From IMG/VR virus record IMGVR_UViG_3300022562_000124, positions 15,699 to 79,698 of that record: a DNA stretch of 64,000 nucleotides. One strand, written 5' to 3'. Origin of the DNA: a virus. How positions within the stretch are numbered: the stretch's first letter is position 1; each line of letters starts with the position of its first letter. A program made the translations under genes and the position numbers. Shown piece after piece: positions 29,600 through 41,300 of the stretch. The notes beneath the pieces were generated by a model that searched no databases, was not told the DNA's origin, and saw only the letters and a list, made by a program, of their open reading frames with translations.

Positions 29600-30697
29600 T
29601 TAGGAAACATTACCGTCCATAACACACAGCGTTCCGCTAATGAAAAGAACAGTAGTTTTTCCTCTGGTCGCCAGTGTAACAGATGCTTTATCAGAATCGA
29701 CACCTGCAATATATGCTGTTGTGATATTACATGTTATCGTCACATTGCCAGAAGTATTGTTGAAAATTGTGACGATATCACCATCAGTGAATGTGGCGTC
29801 TGGAATTACTATACTACCACCAGCACCTACGGTAATTAACTTACCAACATCGCTAGTTGCCAATTGATATGATGATGTTTTTTCAGAACCAGACAGCGGA
29901 ATCTTTGGAATACCCTGAGAACCAGTATATCCACTAGGACCGGGTGAAGTTTCCTGTACCCACTGTGCTGTAGCATTGTCATCGATATAATAGATGTATC
30001 TTACACCGTCATCAGAATTATACCATGTGTCGCCATTTTCTGGGCTTGTAGGAGCCGTGTTGCTAATGAACGATCTACTACGAACACCAATAGAACCTGT
30101 ATATCCCAATGGACCGGGTACTGTTGAAATGGAACCAGTGTATCCTCTTGGCCCCGGAGCAGATTCCTGTACCCACTGTGCCGTGGCATTTGCGTCAATG
30201 TAATAGATGTATCTTACACCATCGTCTGAATTGTACCATGTATCACCGGGTGAAGGGGTTGACGGCGCTGTATTACTAATGTAAGATGAACCACCAATCG
30301 ATCCTGTATATCCGATAGAACCAGAGTAACCACGAGAACCAGAATATCCTTCAGCGGTAGAAGCGGAACCTGTATATCCTATTGCCCCGGCTGGACCTTC
30401 TGGACCCGGAGCAGATTCCTGTACCCATTGTGAAGAATCAAAGTCAACGTAATAAACATATCGAATACCGTCATCGGTATTGTACCATGTGTCTCCGTTA
30501 ACAGGAAATAACGGTGCGGTATTACTAATGTATGTTAGACCCTTAGAGCCTGTGTAACCTAAAGAACCAGAGTATCCTGTAGGACCTGAGGAAATGACAT
30601 TCCACACCCCATAAACGGCATCATACTGCCATTGAATATCATTCTGTGTAAAAATATCACCATCAATTGGAAATGGTGGAAAATTTAGTGTTGCCAT
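29600..30697 (-). CDS. Fibre-like structural protein with three SNTAP..GDTWYN.DDG..Y.YY.D...QWVQE modules separated by GYTGS collagen-like spacers
   Basis: Internal repeats visible in translation; C-terminal SYQL..SD.GK.I domain. Confidence 0.75.
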   Translation of the reverse strand: MATLNFPPFPIDGDIFTQNDIQWQYDAVYGVWNVISSGPTGYSGSLGYTGSKGLTYISNTAPLFPVNGDTWYNTDDGIRYVYYVDFDSSQWVQESAPGPEGPAGAIGYTGSASTAEGYSGSRGYSGSIGYTGSIGGSSYISNTAPSTPSPGDTWYNSDDGVRYIYYIDANATAQWVQESAPGPRGYTGSISTVPGPLGYTGSIGVRSRSFISNTAPTSPENGDTWYNSDDGVRYIYYIDDNATAQWVQETSPGPSGYTGSQGIPKIPLSGSEKTSSYQLATSDVGKLITVGAGGSIVIPDATFTDGDIVTIFNNTSGNVTITCNITTAYIAGVDSDKASVTLATRGKTTVLFISGTLCVMDGNVS

Positions 30698-30719
30698 TTA
30701 TCTTCTCTTCAGTTTAATA

Positions 30720-30727
30720 TATTTATA
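30720..30727 (-). promoter_or_regulatory. T4-type late promoter TATAAATA
   Basis: Exact match overlapping upstream stop, 23 nt before next start. Confidence 0.7.
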
Positions 30728-31607
30728 GCTTTGTAATGATAACTTGACCAGAGCCAGTTCTTACGCCTGTAGACATAGTTCCACTCGTGACACCGCCAAT
30801 ATAACCAGAGCCACCGCCGCCGCCTGAACCAAAGTTAGCGCCAGCAGATTGTGCGCCACCGCTACCACCACCATAGTACCCACCGCCACCACCGCCACCA
30901 GCCCCATAGGTATCAGTAGTAGTTCCACCAACACCTAGCGTACCGGGTTGACCAAAATAGTTACCATAACCAGCAATACCACCAGCAGTTTGTGTACCAC
31001 CACCGCCTGTATACGCCAAGCCACTACCATTGGTACCGGACCAGCCGCCTGTACCAGTTTCACCGCCACCACCACCCGGATAAACGTCATATGATGCGTT
31101 ATAGGCAGATGACCCCCCGCCGCCACCAGCGACAATAATTCGATTGGCTAGCGCAGTCCCCCCAACTCTAACATCTGAGGCACCGCCACCGGGACGGCCA
31201 AGACCTAAGGCATTACCGCCGCCGCCCCATCCACCAGAAACGTTGGAAAGGTTTTGACCAGCTTGACCAACAATGATATTGATCTTTTGCCCAGCTTCAA
31301 GTAGAATATTTCCTTTTGAATATCCGCCCAAGCCACCAGTATCATTACCTGTGCCACCCTGTGCACCATAGCACTCAATTTGATAAAGACCAGTTAAAGG
31401 ACATGTCCAAGTTTGAATACCGGTTGTTGTCACATTAAAATAGTCGGTGTTATTTAACCATGGGTTTAATGTGGTATTATATGATGCGAGACATTGCGCT
31501 CTGGTTGGACCCGTTGGCCCGATCAGACCAGCCGAAGTGAACGTAAATGAAGTAAAACTATAAAGAGCGTATGTGAAAAAGAAAGAATTCAATAGACCAC
31601 CAGCCAT
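30723..31607 (-). CDS. Glycine-rich (polyglycine-II sandwich-type) putative fibre-tip adhesin
   Basis: GIQTW..P.TG.Y.IE..GAQGG, I.VGQ.G, GGGASDVR, IVAGGGGG, GGGGGYYGGG, G.GQV.IT. Confidence 0.75.
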   Translation of the reverse strand: MAGGLLNSFFFTYALYSFTSFTFTSAGLIGPTGPTRAQCLASYNTTLNPWLNNTDYFNVTTTGIQTWTCPLTGLYQIECYGAQGGTGNDTGGLGGYSKGNILLEAGQKINIIVGQAGQNLSNVSGGWGGGGNALGLGRPGGGASDVRVGGTALANRIIVAGGGGGSSAYNASYDVYPGGGGGETGTGGWSGTNGSGLAYTGGGGTQTAGGIAGYGNYFGQPGTLGVGGTTTDTYGAGGGGGGGYYGGGSGGAQSAGANFGSGGGGGSGYIGGVTSGTMSTGVRTGSGQVIITKL

Positions 31608-31609
31608 TA

Positions 31610-34447
31610 TTATGCTTTCCTATAATATAGCGTTACCTTAAGACCAGTTGCCCCCGTTCCAGCAGCATCAATATCAAAAGTAATTTCCGCATCATCAGTA
31701 ATAGATGTGGTAGTCAATGTGGTTGGAGTTGTTGCTGTAACTGAAGTCTTTTCTGTAGCATCGATTGATAACTTATCAGTACCAAGAATGCTTGTGCCTT
31801 CGACATTGATATCAACAGTAACAAGACCACTTGAGCTAGCTGTTTTTAGTGAAGCTCTTGGAATCTGATATAGTTCCATAGCAAATGGTGCTCTAAAGCT
31901 TACCTTTGAAGCTCCTGTAGTAATTGCTGTACCTTCATCAGAAAGAGCAGTAATAAGGAAAATATCTTGAATACCAGCAGAACCGACATATCCAACACCA
32001 CCAATAGGACCCGGAGCAGATTCCTGTACCCATTGTGAAGAGTCGGTGTCTGTGTAATATACGTATCTCTTGCCGTTATCAGAATTATACCAAGTGTCAC
32101 CCGGTTGAATTCCTGTTGGTGCTGTGTTACCAACATAGGTCTTGCCAACAGAACCAGTATAACCGATAGAGCCTGTATAACCTACAGAGCCGTCATATCC
32201 GCGAGAACCATCATAACCACGTGAACCATCATAACCCGCACCAGCAGAACCAGTGTAGCCATCCTGACCTTGGAAACCACGTGAACCATCGTAACCACGA
32301 GAACCAGTGTAGCCCTCAAAACCACGAGAACCAGTATAACCAAATTCACCCTGTGGACCTGTATCACCCTTGGAACCATCATAGCCACGAGAGCCATCAT
32401 AGCCTACAGAACCTGTATAGCCTGTTAGACCAACAGAGCCAGAGTAACCAACAGAACCAGTATACCCTAGATCGCCACGATCACCCTTGGAGCCTGTGAA
32501 ACCAACAGAACCAGTATACCCTAGATCGCCACGATCACCAGCAGAACCAGTATAGCCAATGGAACCGTCATATCCACGAGAACCAGTATAACCATCTGTA
32601 CCCTGATATCCATCGATACCGCGAGAACCAGTATATCCCGTATCGCCCTGTGGTCCAACAATCTGACCCACATCGTTCCAATTTGTTCCATCATATACCC
32701 AAAGATTTCCGGTAGCAAGATCAATTACAGAGTTACCAGATACGGCAGATGGGTAATAATATTTTAAATATCCGTCTGGATTGTTTGGACCGCCTGTGGG
32801 ATATACTGCATTAACATCAGGTTCAGAACCAATAATTGTAATTGACGTACCTTGCTCACCCTTGGAACCAGTGTAGCCAATAGAACCATCGTAGCCACGT
32901 GAACCATCATAGCCTACAGAGCCTGTATAGCCTACAGAACCAGTGTAACCCAGAGAACCGGCATATCCAGTAATACCGGCATCACCCTTGGACCCGGTAT
33001 AACCTAAAGAACCATCGTAGCCAGTATTACCGATTTCACCCTTGGAACCATCGTAACCACGAGAGCCAGTATAACCAGTAATACCTTGTGAACCAGTATA
33101 ACCAATAGAACCAGAGTAACCAAGGTCGCCGCGCTCACCCATAGAGCCAGTATAACCCATCGGCCCTTGAACACCGCGAGAACCAGCATAACCAACAGGA
33201 GAAGGCTTATTAATCCATCTTTGGTTTATACCATCATAACCAAGGTAATCATCATTCTGTGCATCAGTGATTTGTACATCACTTAAGTTACCAAGGTTAT
33301 ACCCTGTGCGAAGATTGACAAATACGCTGCCAGATGTAGCTACCCTACTTACTCGTGCAACTTCAATCTTATAATCTGGCGCGGTTGGTTCGGTATCTGT
33401 AAGTTTACCCGGAATGTCGGGATCAAGATATAGTCGTGCACCAGCAAGATAAGCAGTAGTATTTAAATCGTGAACCTTACCATAACTTGTAACATAACCC
33501 AACTCACCAACATCCATGTCATGGGTAGCGATACCCAAAACGAGATTAGGTCTGAATCCTTCCGAATTCATGTCAGCAGGTTTAAACTGTGTCTGCCCAA
33601 GATCGTTTACGCCAGCATACATGACAACTTGACCATTATTAATGGCTACGTTAGCAGTACCTTGGGCATGTAATTCCTGACCAAGCTGAAGAACAACTAC
33701 GTCATTTAGCTGTAGGTCAACAGTGCCATATCTACTATTCCAAGAAAAGTACTTTGTTGGAGTATTGTTGGCATCATTGGTATTAAGATATAAAACATTC
33801 GCAGTAAGCGAAGTAGCATTGACGCTATTCGCTATAGTTTGACCAATAGCACCCGGAGTTTCCCAAGTCAACCCCTGTAGATAATTTGAATTATTTGCTG
33901 TGTATGAGAATATAGAGTTGACAGCAAAGGTCGCACTGTTTACATTAAGTGTGCTTTCACCTTTACCATATGCATAGTTGGCAACGTTAGCAAAGTAAGC
34001 GAATTGAGAATTGGTTGCATAAACGGCACTGCGAACATCAAGTTTATCTTCTGTTTTGCCGTATGCATAGACAGAATTATTTGATGTTGCATACTGAAAG
34101 ATATATGCAAGGTCAAGTGAAATAAACAGATTACCAGAGTTGCCGCCGCCAACAATACCGTCTTGTCCAGTGATAGACAGAATCGGAGTATCCCAGAATA
34201 CTCCATTAGAGCCAACGGTCAGTACTTGATTGATGTTACCAATTGTGTTGTTTGCTTCAACATACTTAACGACAAGGTTAGAAGACCAGTATCTTCCCCC
34301 TGAAGTATTGGAGAGCAAAAACTGATTATCTGTTAGAGCAACCCCTAGATTAGGTTCTGCCTGAGAAGGATGTAGGTAAGAATATCTATCAGCAGAAACA
34401 TCAGTAGGTAGGGTGACTGATATTCTATCAGATAATAATTTAAACAT
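31610..34447 (-). CDS. Collagen-like tail fibre protein with (GYTGSx/GYDGSx)n repeats
   Basis: Long Gly-X-Y tracts interrupted by small globular domains; AYGK.E..LNV.SA repeats near N-terminus. Confidence 0.85.
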   Translation of the reverse strand: MFKLLSDRISVTLPTDVSADRYSYLHPSQAEPNLGVALTDNQFLLSNTSGGRYWSSNLVVKYVEANNTIGNINQVLTVGSNGVFWDTPILSITGQDGIVGGGNSGNLFISLDLAYIFQYATSNNSVYAYGKTEDKLDVRSAVYATNSQFAYFANVANYAYGKGESTLNVNSATFAVNSIFSYTANNSNYLQGLTWETPGAIGQTIANSVNATSLTANVLYLNTNDANNTPTKYFSWNSRYGTVDLQLNDVVVLQLGQELHAQGTANVAINNGQVVMYAGVNDLGQTQFKPADMNSEGFRPNLVLGIATHDMDVGELGYVTSYGKVHDLNTTAYLAGARLYLDPDIPGKLTDTEPTAPDYKIEVARVSRVATSGSVFVNLRTGYNLGNLSDVQITDAQNDDYLGYDGINQRWINKPSPVGYAGSRGVQGPMGYTGSMGERGDLGYSGSIGYTGSQGITGYTGSRGYDGSKGEIGNTGYDGSLGYTGSKGDAGITGYAGSLGYTGSVGYTGSVGYDGSRGYDGSIGYTGSKGEQGTSITIIGSEPDVNAVYPTGGPNNPDGYLKYYYPSAVSGNSVIDLATGNLWVYDGTNWNDVGQIVGPQGDTGYTGSRGIDGYQGTDGYTGSRGYDGSIGYTGSAGDRGDLGYTGSVGFTGSKGDRGDLGYTGSVGYSGSVGLTGYTGSVGYDGSRGYDGSKGDTGPQGEFGYTGSRGFEGYTGSRGYDGSRGFQGQDGYTGSAGAGYDGSRGYDGSRGYDGSVGYTGSIGYTGSVGKTYVGNTAPTGIQPGDTWYNSDNGKRYVYYTDTDSSQWVQESAPGPIGGVGYVGSAGIQDIFLITALSDEGTAITTGASKVSFRAPFAMELYQIPRASLKTASSSGLVTVDINVEGTSILGTDKLSIDATEKTSVTATTPTTLTTTSITDDAEITFDIDAAGTGATGLKVTLYYRKA
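32446..32539. repeat. Recent 54-nt-period tandem duplication in collagen tract
   Basis: aaccaacagaaccagtataccctagatcgccacgatcacc identical at 32446 and 32500. Confidence 0.85.
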
Positions 34448-34911
34448 TAAATGACCCCGATATGTTCGTTAGATAGTTTCTCTTCGGCAGAAGTCCATAC
34501 GTCAAATACGTTATTCGCTTCCGCTCTAACCTGAATAGCATCCCCGTTCAATGAGTCGGGATTTCTCTTAAAAATACTTCTACCCTGAATAGGAATAAAA
34601 GCAGTGTCATATGGAGGCACAGAAATTTTACCAAAGCTAATCGCAACATTCGCTTCAGTATAAAGCTGAACTTCAACCCAATAAGTATTTGCTGTCTTGT
34701 TTCTTGCGGAGATAGGAGTAATGAAGAATACTTCACCCGGTCTTACGGCACGAGTGGTGTCCGTAGGGTCTCTATTGGCAAATGTGTTTGAAGGATCAGG
34801 AACCGAAAAGTCTGGTGCTTCCGCAATGGTTTCATAATTGGTTGTTACATCAACTTTAGTAACCAAAAGCGGCTTTCCTGTTGATGGTGTCTTACACTTA
34901 ATTCTTGTCAC
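34447..34911 (-). CDS. Small adaptor-like structural protein, paralog of 51040..51477
   Basis: Shared pattern P..P......AP.F/Y.VP...I.A.N.T....V...VP..D...I......GD/GE.L.V; same position in cassette. Confidence 0.65.
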   Translation of the reverse strand: MTRIKCKTPSTGKPLLVTKVDVTTNYETIAEAPDFSVPDPSNTFANRDPTDTTRAVRPGEVFFITPISARNKTANTYWVEVQLYTEANVAISFGKISVPPYDTAFIPIQGRSIFKRNPDSLNGDAIQVRAEANNVFDVWTSAEEKLSNEHIGVI

Positions 34912-37900
34912 TTAGAAACTCCTTGAAATGGCGGTCTTCGTTGCTATTCTATTTACCGCAGTATCAAATGGTGGACCAGAAAGTTCACCAGTATCAGCAT
35001 TAATTTGCATACCACCAACGAACAGCGCGGAACCCTGATCATCCTGTCCACTTGCAATAACAATACCCTGATCCAGTTCCAAAATACTATCTTGGATAGT
35101 AGCTTGGTTTAATACTGGTGGAATCTTTGTAAGAGCAACACCAGCAAGAACAGCAGTCCAAGTATGACCAATCGCAGTAATGACAGATGGCTGTACAGTA
35201 AAGGACGGGTTTTTCGCAGTATATATCAAAGCAGCAATCAACGAAGAAATAATATCTCTTGTAGTGTTATTTATATTAAGTGCGTTTATATCGTCTCTCA
35301 TCGTATTCCATGAGAAGATGAATGCACTAAGCTTATCAGCATCAATAACACTGACACCATTGGTATCAAAGAATCCCTTGGCAAAGTCAAGTGCTGGCTT
35401 TTCATTTGCTGACTGTAGAACCCATGTCAATACTTGAATAAGGTTTCCTGCGTCTCGTCTTGTGTAAGCTTCGTCTTGTGCTGTCCAACCAGTTGTGTAT
35501 CCACCATCAACCAGAGCATTCCACATACTATCAATAATAGCTTGTCTTGCTGCAAAGATTGTGGTAGCATCTGAGGATTGTTGTGACAATAGAGTTGTGA
35601 CAAATGAAGGATAACGAAGCGTGAATTCAATTGAGGTTAAGAACTCATCGACCATCGTAGCCGCACTTCTGCTTACACCCGGAATGCTATAAACATAATT
35701 TCTGATATAACGATAGCAGAATAGGAATGCTTCTAGTTCGTTTGAAGGGAATACAGCAGTACCATTTGCATAGTACAGACTCTTTACGAAATTAATAATG
35801 TATGTTTGATCAGCGTTCTGAAGTGCTCTTGTTATTGCTAGCAATAGTGTTGCGGCATCACGGCGAGTGAATGCTTCTAGCTCATTAGACCATCCGGCAG
35901 CAAGCCCTTCTCTGTAAAGCTGATACCACATACCGTCAATAATATCTTGCTGTGCCGCAGTGATTGCACTAGCAGCATCTGTCTGTGTGGTAAATGCAGT
36001 TTGAAGCAGAACAGGATATTCTACAGTTGCCACAAGAGCATCGAAAATCTTATCGACAACCGTCTTGACAGAATTGTCAATTGATAATAGATTGATGTTT
36101 GTGTTTAGATAATCGTATGCAAATAGGAATGCGGATTTCTTTGATGGCTCAATTACTGAGGTACCATCAAGGTAGAACAATCCTCTAATAAATGTACGCA
36201 GGTAATTTTCATTGCCTGTTTGAAGTGTTCTTGCAATTGTATTAAGAAGATTTGTTGCGTCTCTCTTAGTTAGCTGCTCTTCTTCGGCTGTCCAAAGCTC
36301 AACATAGTCATTGTCTACAAGAGCAGTCCACATACCATTTACTAGGGTGGTAGATGCTGTAACGATTTCATTACCCGCAAGAACTTGTAGTGCAGGGATA
36401 GAAGTCAATGGTGTTGACGTAATTGCATCAGCAATGATTCCAGAAATTTCCGTAGAAATAGTTGTTTTTGAATTGACAGATATAGCTAATGCATTTAAAG
36501 CAGTGTCAATATAATTGAATCCAAATTCAAATGCGTCTAGCTTGTCTGAGTCGATTACAGTATATCCAAAAACATCAAACAATCCCCATCTGAAGCTATC
36601 GATGTAGCTCTTGTCTCCTGTATGAAGGTATCCAGCAAGAGCCTGAATTAATAGGCCAGAATCTCTTTTAGTAAATTCTTCATCTTGTGGTGTCCATCCA
36701 GCGGTATATCCGCCATTTACAAGAGCAGTCCACATATCATTAATGATAGTTGTTTTAGCAGCATCTACAACTAGAGCATCTTCAATTCCGGTCACAATAT
36801 TTGAAGTGGCAGGTGTTGACACCATGTCACTTACGAGTGTAAAAGATGATGAAACAATTGTCTGTGCGCCTGAAGTCATACCGGGTAAAGTATTGATTTC
36901 AGTTTCAAGATAACCATATGACGCTAGCACGGCATCTACAACAGCAGGAGAAAATACGGAAGTGCCATCATATAGCAACAGACCTCTCGCAAAGTTTTCG
37001 ACATATTTACTGTCGCCAGTGCGTAGAGTCCCTACGATTGCTTCGATCAAATTTCCAGCATCGCGCTTGGTGAAATCTTCCTGTTCCTGTGTCCATCCTG
37101 TGACGTAATTGTTGTTGACAAGTTCTGTCCACATGTTATCAATAATAGATTGTTTTACGCCAATGACGATATCGCCAGAAGCAACTTCCAAGGAACCTGA
37201 TGCAGTATATGAAACCGCCTGAGGAAGCACAGCATTGGCTGGTGCCTGTGGATCGATTACACTGGTATTTTCGACTTCTGTTGGTGAAACAAGCTGTCTT
37301 GTTCCCTTTGAAATCATGGTGTAGTCACCAAACTGTGTAGAACAGGATGAAAGAATAATTTGACCGCCGCTTAGAGCATAGAAGTGCTTATGTGCCCAGA
37401 TAGAAACAGCGTTAACAGCGTTGATAAGAGCACCATTCTTAGCGCAGTACCCAATACCATTCTGTGTGACAGGAGTAGCACCCCATGTCATGATGTTAGG
37501 GAATATGGAGTATGGTGAGCATACAGCGCCATCAGCAAGAACAACGCCGCCGCCCTTGCCTACTAGAGGGTTTCCGTTATCTCTGTCAAGTGGTGGAGCA
37601 ATATAATCCCATGATGGAATTCTTCTGATAGCGCACTTGTGGGCATATGGTGTACGAACAATGACTGCACCCGGTCTGAATGAGAAAGCGAATCCTTCTG
37701 TAGGATCGTCAAAGTCATCAACCTCAAACCCTTCAATCATCAAGCCTTCAACAAAGCAACCAGAACCCATTCTGAATACGTTTCTTTGTTCGTATCCAGC
37801 TACTGGACGGATAAATACAGTACGGTGAACAGAACGAATTGCACAGTTGTCTGGCATGTCAATGTGACCTTGAGTATAGTATGTACCCGGCCCAATGTCA

Positions 37901-38214
37901 ATTAGGGTAGGTATGCCATTTCTCAATGCTACTGCTTCCATCGCCCTTTCAATAGTGGCAAAAGCTCTTTCCCAAGATGTACCTTCGTTGTTTACATCGT
38001 CGCCATTGACTGATACATAGAATGTATTTCCAACGGGAACTTTGCTGACAAACTGTACGATTTCGTCAACAGGATCGCCCTCGACCTCATATCTACGGCG
38101 AGTAAAAATCTTCCCGTCATAAATGTTGAGAGCAATTTCACCTAGCAACAAATCACTGACTGTAGGTGTTACGCCAGTATTGGAGCTACGCTTAAATAAG
38201 ATTTTATCCGCCAT
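34912..38214 (-). CDS. Large virion structural protein: Mtd-N-like N-terminus, parallel beta-helix, five tandem phycobiliprotein/globin-like helical repeats
   Basis: I.FKRS...P....L.LGE.ALN..DGK; FYVS..G.D...G.S...F.TI..A; RTPY..C; repeats MW..LV..GY..GW....T(K/R)RD-x14-(G/A)(D/N); start moved to ATG 38214 (AAGGGA RBS). Confidence 0.8.
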   Translation of the reverse strand: MADKILFKRSSNTGVTPTVSDLLLGEIALNIYDGKIFTRRRYEVEGDPVDEIVQFVSKVPVGNTFYVSVNGDDVNNEGTSWERAFATIERAMEAVALRNGIPTLIDIGPGTYYTQGHIDMPDNCAIRSVHRTVFIRPVAGYEQRNVFRMGSGCFVEGLMIEGFEVDDFDDPTEGFAFSFRPGAVIVRTPYAHKCAIRRIPSWDYIAPPLDRDNGNPLVGKGGGVVLADGAVCSPYSIFPNIMTWGATPVTQNGIGYCAKNGALINAVNAVSIWAHKHFYALSGGQIILSSCSTQFGDYTMISKGTRQLVSPTEVENTSVIDPQAPANAVLPQAVSYTASGSLEVASGDIVIGVKQSIIDNMWTELVNNNYVTGWTQEQEDFTKRDAGNLIEAIVGTLRTGDSKYVENFARGLLLYDGTSVFSPAVVDAVLASYGYLETEINTLPGMTSGAQTIVSSSFTLVSDMVSTPATSNIVTGIEDALVVDAAKTTIINDMWTALVNGGYTAGWTPQDEEFTKRDSGLLIQALAGYLHTGDKSYIDSFRWGLFDVFGYTVIDSDKLDAFEFGFNYIDTALNALAISVNSKTTISTEISGIIADAITSTPLTSIPALQVLAGNEIVTASTTLVNGMWTALVDNDYVELWTAEEEQLTKRDATNLLNTIARTLQTGNENYLRTFIRGLFYLDGTSVIEPSKKSAFLFAYDYLNTNINLLSIDNSVKTVVDKIFDALVATVEYPVLLQTAFTTQTDAASAITAAQQDIIDGMWYQLYREGLAAGWSNELEAFTRRDAATLLLAITRALQNADQTYIINFVKSLYYANGTAVFPSNELEAFLFCYRYIRNYVYSIPGVSRSAATMVDEFLTSIEFTLRYPSFVTTLLSQQSSDATTIFAARQAIIDSMWNALVDGGYTTGWTAQDEAYTRRDAGNLIQVLTWVLQSANEKPALDFAKGFFDTNGVSVIDADKLSAFIFSWNTMRDDINALNINNTTRDIISSLIAALIYTAKNPSFTVQPSVITAIGHTWTAVLAGVALTKIPPVLNQATIQDSILELDQGIVIASGQDDQGSALFVGGMQINADTGELSGPPFDTAVNRIATKTAISRSF
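35190..37180 (-). repeat. Five ~133-aa (~400 bp) tandem helical domain repeats
   Basis: T(K/R)RD motifs at ~37060, 36665, 36262, 35860 and 35455. Confidence 0.9.
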
Positions 38215-38268
38215 GGTATCCCTTAATAAATAGATGTGTGCGAACACGGTTCGTAGTAATCTGTCATT

Positions 38269-38276
38269 TATTTATA
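38269..38276 (-). promoter_or_regulatory. T4-type late promoter TATAAATA
   Basis: Exact match in divergent intergenic region; a + strand AATAAATA (38225-38232) and TATAAT (38273-38278) could serve the divergent GT gene. Confidence 0.75.
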
Positions 38277-38309
38277 ATAGATACTTTTTGTTGAAGAAGT
38301 GAGAACGAA

Positions 38310-41300
38310 ATGAAAATTTGTTTTATTGATACCCTAGGTCTTTGCTATGACGGCACTACGCTAAGCAAGCGTGGCTTAGGTGGCTCAGAATCAGCCGTCA
38401 TCCTCATGTCAAAAGAACTTGCCAAGATTGGGTTTTCTGTCACAGTTTATAATGACTGTACTTCGGATGATACTAAACCCGGAGTATATGATGGTGTAAC
38501 CTATCGTCCTTTAAAGTCTGTTGAAACGGATGCACCAGACTATGACGTAATGATTGGTTCCCGCTCTGTAGCTGCATTTGCACCCGCATACATGAAAGAG
38601 CGTTTTAAAACATTCTCATACGTTCCAGACTTTACCAGATTCCAGCAGAATATCAAGCACAAGATTTTGTGGATGCATGATACTTTCTGCGATGGTGACG
38701 ATTTAATTGAGCCGTTCCTACTTGACGGTTTAATCAATGAAGTTTTCGTTCTCTCTGACTTCCATCTTGACTATGTGACAAACTGTGATCATGGTAAGAA
38801 GCGCATGTTCGAAGTCCTGAAGCGTTATATGTTCCAGACTCGCAACGGCATTGGTGCGATGAATCCCGGCTGGATCGATATCAAGGACAAGGACCCCAAT
38901 CTATTTGTCTACAATTCATCCCTCACAAAGGGCATGGTCCCGCTTGTAAACGATATCTGGCCTAAAGTCAAGGAACAAGCACCAGACGCTAAGCTCATTG
39001 TGATTGGCGGTTTCTATCGTTTTCGTGAAGGACATACACCCGATCAGCAGGAACTAGATTGGCGCGAAATGGTCAAGCGCAATGAAAACGCAGGGCTTGA
39101 CATTACATTCACTGGTGTTATACCACAGCAAGAAATTTCTGATATCCTTCGCAAGGCATCGTACATGATTTATCCATGTGCATTCCCTGAGACGTTTGGT
39201 ATCTCCACACTAGAAGCATTGGCGCACAACGTTCCTATCATTACCTGTAACTTTGGTGCAGAAGAAGAAACCGCTATTGACTCTGCGTCATATAAGATTC
39301 CGTTCCCTGTTGAACCTAATGGTCTATTCCCATGGGTAAACAAGGAAGATCAGGTTAACCGCTTCGTTGACATGACACTTCGCGCTTATTATGACAAGTA
39401 TCTACATCAGCAAAAGATGTACGCATGTAATGCCGTCAAAGACATTTGTGGATGGAATTCTGTTGCCAAGCAGTGGAAGCAGCACCTATTCCATAAACTA
39501 GGCGAATTCTTGCCAGTTGACGAGTATCGTGAAGTTCAAAAGATTAATCATGATGTTCGTAAGACATTTGGTCGCCGCTTCACAAATCTTGAAGAGCTAC
39601 AGGAACCAAGACAAAGACAAAAAGAAATTGCGATTCTGACAGCCGTGTATAATGCAGAAGATTATGTTGGTAAGTGTATTCGCTCTGTTGCTGCACAGGA
39701 CTATTACGATTATACAATGTACATCGTAAATGATGCATCTACGGATAACACCCTAAATGCAATTAAACAGACAATTAATTCTTTACCAGAAAAGATTCGT
39801 CATAAGTTTGTTGTCATTAACAACGAAGAAAATATCGGTGCTGTAGCTAATCACTACAAGATCATCGATGAATATCTTGGTGAAGAGCAGTTCATCATGA
39901 TCCTAGATGGTGATGATTGGCTTGTCAATGATCCAAACATTTTCCATAAGTACAACAATCTCTATCATGATGGTGCAGAGTTTACCTATGGGTCATGTTG
40001 GTCTCTTGCTGACAACATTCCTCTCATCGCTCAGCCATATCCGCCAGAGGTAAAGGAAGCACGTTCTTATCGTGACTACAAGTTTAATTGGAACATGCCA
40101 TATACTCACCTTCGCACTTTCCATGCTAAGCTTCTAAGAGGGCTTGACAGCAGTGATCTAATGGTGAATGGAGAATGGCCAAAGGCTGGTGGTGATACCG
40201 CACTATTCTATCACTTGATCGAAAAGGCTGATCCCGATAAGATCGTATGTGTGCCAGATGTTGTTTATGTTTATAACGACAAGAATCCATTGAACGACTA
40301 TAAGATCAATGGCGATGAGCAGACCAAGACAGCGAATGCTATTATGGGCAAGGGCAAGGCCGTGGAGAAGTTTTCTGTCATTGTGCCTACCATGTGGCGC
40401 TGTAAGGACGTATTCTCTAAGGCACTACAGAGCTATATCGATCATGACTTGGTAGATGAAATCATCATCATTAATAATGACAAGAAAGAAACACCAAACT
40501 GGCTAGGACTTGATCATCCTAAAATCAAGATGCTAACTCAGGAGCAAAACATTTACTGTAACCCTGCATGGAATCTTGGTGCGGAAGTTGCCGTAAACAA
40601 TAAGCTATGTTTTGTCAACGATGATATTGAATTTGACACCAAGCTATTCGATAAGATTCATTCTCGTGTCATTCCAGAACTTGGTGTTCATGGTATGGTG
40701 ACAGGGGAAGAAAAGTTTGGCCATCCACAGTCAACGGACTTTTCCATCGACTTTACAAAGTGGTATTGGGGTGATAATATTCATGGATTTGGGCAGTTAT
40801 TCTTTGTCCACAAGCACAATTGGATTCCAGTACCAGAAGGTCTAGACCTTTATTATGGTGACGATATGATATTCCATCAGCATCTTCATCGCGGTCTAGA
40901 TAATTACCTAATCTACAATCTTCGTTTCTATTCACCAATGGCACAGACAACTTCCGATCCTGCTATTCGTGGAAACAAGATTGAAACAGAACGTCCTATT
41001 TTTGACAAGTGGATGAGCGAAAACCAACTAATGAGTATTACTCAATGGTTGCGCCCAGAACCAACACCAGAGGAAGCAGTAGTACCAGTTATGGACCAAA
41101 GAGTAAAGCGCATTCTAATCGCAATTCCATGTAAGAATGATATCGAAGCTGATACATTTAAATCGATTTATGACCAGATCATTCCAGATGGTTATGAGAC
41201 CGATTTCCAGTACTTCTATGGTTATGCCGTAGATCAGGTTCGCAACTTGATTGCAGATTGGACAGTCAATGGTTATGATTACCTATTCGCTGTTGACCAT

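Noticed and set aside
31980-33200. CRISPR-like array from recurring gaaccagtataacc units
   Set aside because: Units are codons of the GYTGS collagen repeat inside an ORF, with no unique spacers and no cas genes
38239-38255. Short hairpin tgcgaac-acg-gttcgta in divergent intergenic region
   Set aside because: Weak stem, 3-nt loop and no U-tract; not supportable as a terminator or ncRNA
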